A stretch of 62,584 nucleotides of DNA, filler included, from Platydemus manokwari (taxonomy: Eukaryota): assembly GCA_037951405.1 (NCBI GenBank). It is 6 parts of 6 records of this genome, joined end to end, with 100 filler letters (N's around TTAATTAATTAA, not from the genome) between each part and the next. Parts side by side here need not be neighbours in the genome. Positions count along the whole stretch, not along the records: positions 1 to 10,605 come from JBBMOY011120663.1; 5 more parts are not named here. One strand, written 5' to 3'. Below are positions 1 to 10,705 of this stretch, in pieces. How positions within the stretch are numbered: position 1 is the stretch's first letter; every line of letters starts with the position of its first letter. The translations under genes and the position numbers were made by a program. The notes under the pieces are model-generated. The model worked only from the letters and a program-made list of their open reading frames with translations, had not been told where the DNA came from and searched no databases.

Positions 1-183
1 GTTGGATAGATAATTATATTGTTCCTCATATTCACCATTACCTAATTATCGATATTTTAATAGTTTTTTAATTTAATAATAATATTATGATAAATAATAA
101 TTAGATCGATTAAAATATTATTATTATAATGACTATTATTATTAAAATATTATTATTATTATAAACATAAGATAAAAATTTAC

Positions 184-535
184 CTGAACAACACACTAGA
201 AAATATAGAATAATATCTTCTGATTCACCTTGGTATGAATCTGAATAGCGGTAATGAATGCAATAAGTGTCAGCAACGGTGACACTAAAGCAATTGCTTG
301 AATCCAAACAACTTTGTTTGCAATCCTTTACATCCACAACATTTAACCTTCTCAACATTTCCTTTCCTGAACCACCTCTTACTTCAAGCCAGTTTAATGA
401 AGCACTGCATCCCTTTCTTAAATCACCAGAATATGGTAAGGAGCAGTAACTGGTCATCACTGATGAAAATTGAAGTGGTTCTATGAAACTGTAAAATAAA
501 TTTATAAATACGAAAATTATTAAAGTTAGTTTCAT
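184..535 (-). CDS. First coding exon of a secreted PAN/apple-domain protein (continues off the window start)
   Basis: ATG at 535, hydrophobic signal-like N-terminus MKLTLIIFVFINLFYS, PAN-type Cys pattern DCKQSCLDSSNCFSVTVADTYCIHY. GT donor (cag|gtaaat) at 183, followed by AT-rich intron-like DNA. Confidence 0.7.
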
Positions 536-1072
536 TTTATGTCGACAATCGATCCCTTCTCCTCTCTATTATATTATATTGAGTAACCAATGGGTTATCA
601 AGTAAATAGATATCTCTGATAATTGTATGTCTGCAAGTTATTTTAAAAAACCATAGCAATAATCAAAGAGTCATTATCGAAAATAATATCAATTATCAGT
701 ATATGAGATGACGCTATATTTATTGCAGGTTTGTCTCCATTATTTACATTTATTGATTATTGTTTTGTCTTGTAATTCCATTGATATGTTCTACGATAAT
801 AGATGATTTAGTAATATACTAATCGATATCTTTTTTCATGAGATAATGTGCACAAAAGTTTGATCCTTTATTTCTCTTGTTCAGATTTTAGAGAGAACTA
901 TTTTTCTGTTAGATCAACCTTGATGTCTGGGTGGACAGATGTTAATATAATGGCGTTTTGATGAAATGGGCCTAAAGTAATCGCTTTGAAACCCTAATAA
1001 ACCCATTTATATTTATGATTTGTAAATAAAAGTTGCATCTTATTTTAGTCATGAGAGTCAAAAATATTTATG

Positions 1073-1077
<5 letters not shown>

Positions 1078-1112
<35 letters not shown>
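1078..1112. repeat. (ATT)n microsatellite
   Basis: Seen directly. Confidence 0.9.
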
Positions 1113-1113
<1 letters not shown>

Positions 1114-1569
1114 TCATTTTTTATTTTATTGGATGTGAGATGAATATTCACGACAAAATTCTCGCTTTGACATTTCGAAATTGAGACAATAAATGATAGT
1201 TTTGCTAAAAATTCTTATTAATACCATAGCGCAGAACTTCTCCTTCTGATTCACGCATTAATCCGAAAATATTTTTTTCATTCCAAAATTTGCATCAAAT
1301 TTCAGTAATTCGTTAATCTTCAAGAATTAGATACATTAAGCATTTCTGCTTCTAATCGTATATTATTATTTTCCATGAAATTCCTCTAATTTTATACATC
1401 ACTTGTCAAGGTATTTCAATCCTTTCAACAGCAACCTATAATTTAAAAAATAAAATAATGAAAATTCATGGGCAATTTAAGATAAAATTTGCAATTGATA
1501 TTTGGTCTTGCAGTCACTGAACGTTTAATATATTAAATATGTGTTTGGTTTGATATTGATTTTATTGTT

Positions 1570-1906
1570 TACTGATCCTAACGGGTTTCGATAGTGAGTA
1601 TTGATAATTACACTGTAGGAAATTAATTGGCATTAATATTATTATGATACGAGACTGCTACAACTATTATCGTAGGTTAATTTAAAGTTAAAATCTTGAT
1701 ACTATAATGTATGTCAAAGTTCTAACGTCACTATGTAAGATCAAAACTATATATTGAAGATAATAAAAAATAACCAAATATTAATAACGATTGAAACAAT
1801 CAAACATTTTAATTCAATGGTCCAGTGCGCCACGAAATTAGGTTACCGACTATCTGAAAGCGGACGGAGGAGAAGATAGAAGTATAAAATGCTGACAATT
1901 AAATTA

Positions 1907-1944
<38 letters not shown>

Positions 1945-2510
1945 TAGTTCATGTAGTAATGTAGTAAATAAATATTTAAACAAAATATTAAAAGGTCCTT
2001 ACTCCGCTCAACAGTTGCAACAAGAATCCTCAGAATGAAATTTTTATCTTCAAACGTTCCCATCGAATTAAATGATAACTCGAAAATAAATGTTCTGGCG
2101 AAAACTGATCTGCGGTTTTGTTTCTATCATCTACGACTTAATTATCGATTCCAAATTCTGCTGGAAATATATTCGCGTAATTATCAGATTGTGCACTTTC
2201 AAGTTGATGTACTTGTGAAAAGTGGTGTGCTTGCAATGCAGGGGTAGAAAGTGATTTAGAGGTGAAAGTGGCTAAGTGGTAGTCCATTAAATTTTGATCG
2301 GTCATTTATACTGGCAATCCTCGTGGCTGGGCGTCTTAATTAATACATTTTTTGCATTCCATTTTCTGGTTACTTAATATTTTACTTTTCTTATCTTTAT
2401 TAATTAATTATCTTTATTAATTATTTGTTTGTATTTATTATTTCTTTCTTTTATTCATTTAATTTATTTTTTGTCAATACTTTTCCTCCTTCTCTTCTTT
2501 TTACATTACC
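1570..2510 (-). mobile_element. Solo-LTR-like element with TATA box, exon and internal intron (boundaries approximate)
   Basis: Minus strand: gtataaat near 2305-2312, a GC-richer segment, donor ggag|gtaagg near 2000, a (TA)n-containing intron and acceptor ctttcag near 1855. The same layout recurs near 16.2-16.75 kb and 34.5-35.4 kb. No TSD confirmed. Confidence 0.35.
1910..1941. repeat. (TA)n microsatellite
   Basis: Seen directly. Confidence 0.9.
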
Positions 2511-3800
2511 TCAATAAATAAATAAATATAATAATAATAATATTGATAATCACGAATAATCAGATATCAGCTCACAATAAAGATGTTGTTTCAAAATTAA
2601 AAGATTCTATAATTGATAGTATCCAAGTCAAAATTGATCGAGTAATTAAAATCAATATTGTTATCCCAATTATTAGATAAGATTGTCAAAATGCCCGCAT
2701 TTATTTTGGATATTGATTATTGGCTCTGATTGCGCTTCACTACAGTCAAGGCACGGGTTCTAAGGTTTTAATTAGGATATTGATTCTAATGTTATGAATA
2801 TGCAGCTCGTATGGTTTCCCAACAAATATAAACTTAATTATTTATTTTTAATAATATCATCTTTAAAACACTTAATAGATAATTTTATTAATTTCTCTCA
2901 ATAAACACTTCAATTTTCAATTTTAAACATGACGAATTCTCCATATAAATAAAGGACAGATGTACAGGATTGTAAAAAAACTCTTAATAATGCAATAAAC
3001 CTTTTGATAATTCATATATACCTCGATCAATATAAATAACCAGTTTTGATTTACAAACTGTAATAATAAATAGACAGCTTATCGACAGAATTCCTTCATA
3101 TATTTTTCTTTATGCTACTCAACCTAGTACGAATCTTTTTTTGATGAAAGAACTTATTACTATTAGAATTCCAGTAGTATTCACAGACAAAATGCCTACC
3201 TCTGAAAGTTGGTAAAATATCCTCCCTATTTATCATCGAACATTTTAAACTGCTATCGATTTTTGTCCATTTTATTGATTATAATAACTTAATAGATCTT
3301 CTAACCACTTTCTCTCATTCATAAAATAATCAGGAATTAGTTCGTATTATTATCAAAGCTTTTCTTTCTATTTATTCAGTGTTTTTTACACCGAACTTAA
3401 AATTTGAGAGAAATCAGATCATTAGTGGGGATCATCGCCATAATCTAATTCAACAATAAATTTAATCAGCTTGAAATCAAATCCATCTAAAATCTCATCG
3501 GTGTGGTTTCATGAGAATATGATTTAAAAGAAAATAAAATAATTCATTATTAATTAGACAAGTTTTCAACATTATTACAAAAAAAGAAAAATAATTTCTA
3601 ATCCAATACGCGATAACATATTCTAAAAATAGTAACACAGAAACAGTTAACCAATGAAATATTTAGCTATTTAGTTATTTCGGTTTTTCAATCAATATTT
3701 ATTAAAATTGTTTTTAGAACTCCCGATTTTTTATTAATTATCACAATTTTAAAATAACAAATGAACGACAGAAATTGAATATAATCTATTATAATATCGG

Positions 3801-4112
3801 AAACAAAAATGAAATGCTACAAATCCAATAAAAAATCATAATTCCACCGTTGCCATGGAGAATAAATCGATGATGATTGGTGGCGATTAATATTTTATCA
3901 TTTATAAAAATCATTTCTCGCCAACAACATTCAATTCATCAATAAACAAAAATGAAATGCTACACATCCAACAGAAAATCATTATAATTCCACCGTTGCC
4001 ATGGAGAATATCGATAATGATAAATCGATTATGATTGGTGGTGACTAATATTTTATCATTTATAAAAATCATTTCTCGCCAATAACATTCATTTCATCGA
4101 CAAACAAAAATG
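3801..4112. repeat. Tandem duplication of a ~145-160 bp unit downstream of NEDD1, each copy with an RFX X-box-like motif
   Basis: Copies start aaacaaaaatgaaatgctac at ~3801 and ~3944, with a partial third at ~4102. GTTGCCATGGAGAA at 3849-3862 and 3995-4008. Confidence 0.85.
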
Positions 4113-4182
4113 GAGTATTTTATAAAATCGATTCAAAACTCTAACAATCGATATAGCTAGATATATTTATAAAATTAACAAA

Positions 4183-5685
4183 TCAATAATTGAATCTATT
4201 TCTTGCCAAATCATTTCGCATGGCTCGAATCTCATTTAAAATCTCCTGCATCACACCCAACAAGGGATCGTTAATATTTCTTTCTGTGATACCCAGCTGT
4301 TCCACAATGCCCATCATCAATTCGTTTCTCATTCGACCTTCCATGTTAAACAGTTCGCTCGACAATTCCTCGCGAATAACTCGCCTCAGAGTCGCATTAT
4401 CATAACTGGGACGATCTGGTGCAGTGGAACTCAATAAATGTGATGAAATTTCGTTCGGTGTGCGATTATTGATTTGAGGAGTGAGGCTAACAGGTGCCAC
4501 TTGGTCGTGAAATTCATTTTGAAATTGAACTTGTTTTCGAGTTTTTTGATCTGGCAAATCTTGTTTCGGTGAATTCTGGAGACCAAAATGGCTCAAATTG
4601 AAAGAATCGTCCAATTTATTATCGAAATCATTCAATTCCAAGCGACTCTCATCATCGTGGGAAAAGATCGAACTGCTCGAATTCTCATTGGCGAAATTAA
4701 TGTTTTGTGTTTCTCGCAAAATTGACATGTTTGTCGTGTCCATCACATTCAATAAATGATTGCCATTATCGAAATTTGTTTTCTGTTTATTTTTCAAACT
4801 GAACTGCAGATATTTGATCGGATCATTCTCTCGCAGCACGTGAAGTGGATCTTTGGAATTGCGCAAATCGTAAACAGAAACTTTACCATTTGATTCACCA
4901 AAACCAAACAAATAATCATCGCTCATCGTACAATATGTGACGGGATAATCGGTTTTATAAATCTTTTGTGGTTGTTGTTTATCAGAAACAAATAAAACCG
5001 CACGCTTATCTTCACCACCAGAAAGCATTAAATAGTTATTATATTGAGAAATAGAAACAGAATTAATTTTTTTATCGTGATTAGTCCATTTAGATACTGT
5101 TTGCTGTTTCTGAACATCATACATTACCACAACTCCATCTGTTCTTCCGGCGGATAAGAATTCACTTTTCCATGGACTAGATTTAATTGTCGTCATATTT
5201 TTATCAGTCCATGATAAAGCATGAGATTTTCTAGATTGCATATCAATCATAGAAATTATACCATTTTCATAACATAAATAAAGATTTCCATTATCTACTG
5301 ATAAACACATTTCTTTAATGCTATGTTGCAACTCTTGTGCTGGATTTAAAGACGTTTTAAACTTTTCAAATATAATGTCATAAAAATATAATTTCCCAAT
5401 TTTATCTGAACCAACTATCCATCGGCCTTGACAAAAAACAATAGAGTTAAGTTCATATTTTGCATCAAATGATGATTTTAATATTCCATCAATAGTGTAA
5501 ATATTAAACTTTTTGTTCAATTTCTCATAAACTCCCAGATTTTGTTCTTCTTTATCGAATGAAACTAATATATCATTGTTAAAATTAATCAGATTGTTCT
5601 TAGGTCTATGATTATTAGTTATATCCCAGACATCCATTATCTGACTAGTTGATATAATAAAATTCAAATATTTATTTTCATTCAT
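4183..5685 (-). CDS. NEDD1: NEDD1/GCP-WD, gamma-tubulin ring complex targeting protein (intronless, 500 aa)
   Basis: N-terminal WD40 repeats (LSAGRTDGVVVMYD, MLSGGEDKRAVLF, GESNGKVSVYDLR), a low-complexity linker and a NEDD1-type C-terminal helix (LRRVIREEL...ILNEIRAMRNDLARNRFNY). Confidence 0.85.
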   Translation of the reverse strand: MNENKYLNFIISTSQIMDVWDITNNHRPKNNLINFNNDILVSFDKEEQNLGVYEKLNKKFNIYTIDGILKSSFDAKYELNSIVFCQGRWIVGSDKIGKLYFYDIIFEKFKTSLNPAQELQHSIKEMCLSVDNGNLYLCYENGIISMIDMQSRKSHALSWTDKNMTTIKSSPWKSEFLSAGRTDGVVVMYDVQKQQTVSKWTNHDKKINSVSISQYNNYLMLSGGEDKRAVLFVSDKQQPQKIYKTDYPVTYCTMSDDYLFGFGESNGKVSVYDLRNSKDPLHVLRENDPIKYLQFSLKNKQKTNFDNGNHLLNVMDTTNMSILRETQNINFANENSSSSIFSHDDESRLELNDFDNKLDDSFNLSHFGLQNSPKQDLPDQKTRKQVQFQNEFHDQVAPVSLTPQINNRTPNEISSHLLSSTAPDRPSYDNATLRRVIREELSSELFNMEGRMRNELMMGIVEQLGITERNINDPLLGVMQEILNEIRAMRNDLARNRFNY

Positions 5686-6868
5686 ACTAGAAAATTATTA
5701 TATAAGAAAAAATTTAATTATTAAAATATTACTACAATACTTTTTATCTTTAAATATAACTTAAAAGAATTTCTAATTTAAAAACCGATAAAGAAGATTG
5801 ATGTAAACAAAGTCAGGTTTTTAGATTAATAATATATTTAAAGTATTTATAGATTTAAACTCATTTGACTGTGTACTAAATCCGAAACACGATTTTAGAT
5901 AGACTAATAAAAAAATATTTCAAAATTTGGCAGCAGATGATTTATTCTAAATATAGACCTAGAAAATTTACTTAGACAACCTTACTGGAGTGTGCGACAA
6001 AATCTTGGTATTTCAACCTAAAACATATATATTTTCAGGCTAACAGAATTTTTTGACATTCAGGAACAATTTCTAACAATTTATGTTTGAAGTTCTTTGA
6101 TTCAATTGAATCGACAATCTCCATATCCAGGCAATTAATAATGTAACCAAATTTTTCCATTATAATCTTAGACACCAAAGAGTCTCTAGCTTAGTTATAA
6201 ATGAAGGCACATATAAAGATGCACATGTTAATAACACCCGAACCATAAGAATGGTAAAGACATTTATTACGAATCATGTTCGCAGTCTTCATGTATTTAA
6301 ATTTCAATTACTTGTTTCTAATATCTTACAACAGAACAGAAAAACCTTATAAATAAAAGCACCTGAAGGATTGAAGCGATAAGACTGTCATTTAGAAATA
6401 TCCATTACGAGAATGGTAATTTATCCTATACCAATATCCTAGCACAAAGGATTTAACTTTAAGAAACCAATATTAAAATTAAAATTTGTTAGGATTGCGT
6501 TTGTTTAATCTAAAAGATTCCCATGAAATTAACGACCAGTTTTGAAAATCGACCGATTAAAAACAATATATATTGAAGATTGTAATTGGAGTAAATACAT
6601 ATATTTTTTAATTGACCAATCTCAGTCAACGTAAATCGATAAAATCAATTGGAATTGAAAAGATCGAATAAAAGTTGAGCATAAGCTTCATATAGAAACA
6701 TTTAACAATAAATTATCTTAAAAATATGGGATACTACTAGTTAAGTAAGTTTAGCGAATTAAATACATTCGGTTTTGAGATTTTTGGTGCTGATAATCAT
6801 TTTTTGAAGTCAATAAACTTTTCAGTCACAATGCGTACTTTAAACCTTAACAAAATAATTAATCGAAA

Positions 6869-7760
6869 TTATATCTTTTGCCCTTCATAAATGTTTTTCA
6901 GGATTTCACTGGGATGTCTCTTGTTTTCTTTCATTATTTTGGTCTTTGTCTGAGCTCCCTTTATATCTCTAACTCCCATGATTTCCTCCCAAAAGATGAA
7001 TACAGCTCTTAATTTTTTCTTTAAGTCGTATCCCACAATAATTTTTCCGTGAGTCAATTCTATAACTCTTTTACTTATCTCTTCCGAGTCAACCGCTCCT
7101 CTCAATGAGTGCTCTTCAAGACTATTTCTATTCGAGAAATAATGACACATTGCCCTTCTTGGGCAACATTTCTGTTCCAGGATTGTTTTTCCATTATAGT
7201 ATTTTAGACTTATCCATACTGGGTATTGTCTGCCATTAACATCCGCTGCTGTTTTAACATGGAAAAAACGGATGAAAAATCTTTCTTCAAATCTGTTCAC
7301 ATCATCCGGCTTTCTTATAAAGACCATTTTATTTTTTGGTTCTGAAAATGGTATTTTTATAGGACTGTCTGTCTTGTATGGGTTCGGGTTTCTAAATTCA
7401 AGTGGTTCATGCTGTTCTGGTTCCACAAACTCCATAATAATTACATATGGAATTCCTTTAGTTCTGACAACTATTTTTTTCAAATTCCGTCAATGAGTTT
7501 AATTCTTTTTGCTGGGTTAAATATATGACAACCGATAATCGTGGTTCTAAATCTACTTTCTCTATGTGAAACTTGAGGTTGATTTCTGCTTGGGCATTAT
7601 GTATTATCATCATGGTGGGTTGGTATGGTAAAATGGGCATGATGCTCTTGATACTAAAACTTCCCTGTTCCTGTGAATAGAGAATAACAGCCGATCTTCT
7701 CTGCTGTGATGCTGTTTTCAGATTATTAGGGTAATGGTTTATAGCACTAAAATTTCTTTT
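6869..7760 (-). pseudogene. Frameshifted REX4/ISG20-like (DEDDh fold) exonuclease homolog lacking catalytic acidic residues
   Basis: ORF 6869-7483 contains WISLKYYNGKTILEQKCCP...SLEEHSLRGAVDSEEISKRVIELTHGKIIVGYDLKKKLRAV...VRDI, like REX4 [28 protein letters not shown]..IRDT. It overlaps ORF 7458-7640 at an A7 run. Further stops lie upstream, with a TATA (catataagag) near 7965. Confidence 0.55.
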
Positions 7761-10049
7761 GGCTACTCCAAAAGGTGCTTTTTTAGATTTCCTCTTGAAG
7801 TCATCATAAAACTTTCTGTTGAAATATTGGACGATAGTTGTACTGGGTTATATTTTAGTGATTCTACAATGATTAAAAACTATGCAAAGAAAAAATTATT
7901 TACCGAGCGTTGTTGATCAATACAATTTTTAATAAAGAAATGAGTTTTAAAGGGTTGGTGCCCACTCTTATATGATTTTAATCCTACAGTCCTATTGGTC
8001 GGATTTATGCTGGCCTTATTTTCATTGTTTGGGGATTTTAGGGTGATTTTCTCATTTGTTAAATCATTTTTTTCACTTTTTTATTCGAGAAACCTATTTT
8101 ATTTACAAAAATTTTATTCACCAATAATTTTTTATTTACAAAGATTAATTCATTCTAAACTTAAAATTTCTCAATATTCATTCGTATTTTATTTGTACAA
8201 TAATTAGTTTTCCACTCAAAACATAAATTGCAATAGTCATTCCATTTAATTTCATTTTCATAATGATTTTCACTAAATATTATTTTACAATTTTTTAACT
8301 GATATCTACAATTGACTACATATTCAATTTTTAGCCTGTATTTACAATTGATTGTTAACATGAAATTTCCAACATAGTAAGTCGACTAAAATGATAAATC
8401 CCACAAAAACAACCGAAATTTCAATTCGTTAAAATTATATTGTTTGTGTAATAAAATAACACTTCTAAAACATAACATCGATAAAATAACAAATCTTACT
8501 AAAATATCTTGAGATTTGTTAAAATAGCACTGAAAATTTGAAATTCTACCCACGTTGGTAAATATTCATTAATAAAATAAAATAAGAAAAACAAAGAATA
8601 AGAAAATATTGAATATCAAATTAAGAGTTGATAGTAAAAGCTTTTAATTTTAAAGTTTATGTTTTATTTTTTCTTTTATGTGAAAGTCTCATTTTATCTC
8701 ATTTGACAAAGTTATTTACCATTTGGCTTTAAATGGCTTCAAAATTAAAACAATCTCATTAATTTATCTCTTTGTTCATTATAACTTCGACTCGAATTTT
8801 ACTTATATAATATAATCCTGGAATCTTGGAAATTAATTTCCTATTTGAGAATAAGTTTTTAAATTTATTCTGATTTGCCAAATGTTCAAAATTAGCACAA
8901 GAATAATACTATTTATTTTTTAATGTACACAATGTGTCATAGTCGGTGTAAATAATCTCAATGCTACATTCATATGGTTGTGAATGGCTTTTGAAATTTG
9001 ACATTAAACGACCATTTTGTTTCTGCAGGCCAATCTCCCGGTTAGGACCAAAATCCTTTTCTGTAGGTGTTGATAGGTTAAAAGAAAATTATCCAAATGT
9101 TTCATTCACTTTGTGTTCTTGAGAAAACTTTTGTCGATTAATTCTACCTACTTTACTACTAATTAGTTTTTCGAAAAGATCGTCTTTGATACCCACCAAT
9201 TCTACGATATTTCGACGATTAATTTGGTTATATGCCAAATTGGTAAATTTTTGCATATATCCTGAAATCTTCATACTCCAAAGTCGTGCTCACAAAGAAT
9301 TTTAGATTAAATACTAACACTATGCATTTAAAGTTGTACATTCAAGAAAACAGTTTTTTACACTTTATATAAAATCGTCAAAGTATTACCCTCGAATTCA
9401 CAACTCAAAATAGTTCAGAAAAACCAAGGTAATTATCAGTTATCAACGGGATCGGCACATGAAAGGTATATACGAAGACAGAAATTACTGATCAAACAAG
9501 GCTGGAGGATGTACTAGAGATTCAACACCTTTTATAAACCGTGTGGGTTGATATACTGCTTCAACTTTTATTAGTTAAATCCGATTAAAGACTTTTATTG
9601 ATAGATTTTTATCTCTATCTTATGGCACTGGTGTATTTTGATGTTCGTTGCTTTATGTTGGTGTACGCAAATTGATTACCTAATGTTATTTATGAGTCGA
9701 TATTTTGGAAGCATCTGATTGGCTACTGGCACGTGCACTTATCAAGTACCTGTGTATATTTGAGGTTTATTTTATGGTCTCTGTAGGTATTTTGATCGTT
9801 TTAATAACATACTCCACAAAAACAAGTCTTAGTGCATTTTTTGTGATAAGTATAAATGGTAATTCACAACCAAAAAGATTATTGCATAATGAAAAATATA
9901 AACATTTGTTAGGGATCACATATAATTGGATCATTAATTCAATTATAAATATAAAATATAAATATATATGTAAAATTAAATTTCAAATTTTTAAACAAAA
10001 TTCCTTATTGTTATAATAATATTTCTGCAAATCGATTTGCTCGGATTAA

Positions 10050-10242
10050 GTAAACAAAGATAAATAAAAACGGTTGTTTAAATAAAAACCAATCAACGCG
10101 AACACAAACCAGTTGTTTAAGCAAGAATAAACAAAACAAAGCAAAGACAAAGCCCATTTTGTAAAAATATAAGACATTAAGGGGAACTTATTATAAATAT
10201 TGTTTTTGTTCTATTCTGTAATTGTCATAAGTGCTATATAAG
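10050..10242 (+). promoter_or_regulatory. TATA promoter with upstream forkhead-type sites
   Basis: tatataag at 10235-10242. Several gtaaaca, taaaca and tgttta motifs at 10050-10140. Followed by a UTR exon and a GT-AG intron at 10388-10434. Confidence 0.4.
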
Positions 10243-10435
10243 AGTGCTAGTATCTGCAATCCTTTGGAGTCAGAATGCTAAAAACCGCTCAATTCTCGAG
10301 ATACGAAATCTCCACTCATTTAATTAAACTGAAATTGAGGCGATTTATTTTATTAGTGAATTATTAAATTAGTTTATTTCACAAAAGGTAATTGATTTCA
10401 ATAACAAAATTTAGAACTCATCCTATTGTTACAGA

Positions 10436-10564
10436 ATGAGATTCGGATCAACAACAAATCAATCAACAACTGGCTCAGTTAGCTCATCCTCCATATCTTC
10501 CCTGTATCAAAAGATCAAATCGTCTTATCAATCAACCTCCTCCTATCAGAGTCTACATTGGAAG
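10436..10564 (+). CDS. Probable first coding exon of an unknown Ser-rich protein, truncated by the spacer
   Basis: Acceptor ttacag at 10434, ATG at 10436, MRFGSTTNQSTTGSVSSSSISSLYQKIKSSYQSTSSYQSLHWK, donor aag|gtagac at 10565. Confidence 0.45.
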
Positions 10565-10605
10565 GTAGACATGGACGAATAATGTGACTTTTTTGATTAT
10601 TCTGA

Positions 10606-10705
10606 NNNNNNNNNNNNNNNNNNNNNNNNNNNNNNNNNNNNNNNNNNNNTTAATTAATTAANNNNNNNNNNNNNNNNNNNNNNNNNNNNNNNNNNNNNNN
10701 NNNNN
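10606..10705. other. Artificial spacer N44-TTAATTAATTAA-N44
   Basis: Identical 100-bp spacer occurs five times. The 12-mer has stops in all six frames. Confidence 0.95.

Noticed and set aside
3801-4112. CRISPR-like array
   Set aside because: A simple tandem duplication without unique spacers, in a eukaryotic context.
10650-10661. Recurring TTAATTAATTAA palindrome as a biological repeat
   Set aside because: Always centred in N-runs, so it is an assembly linker.
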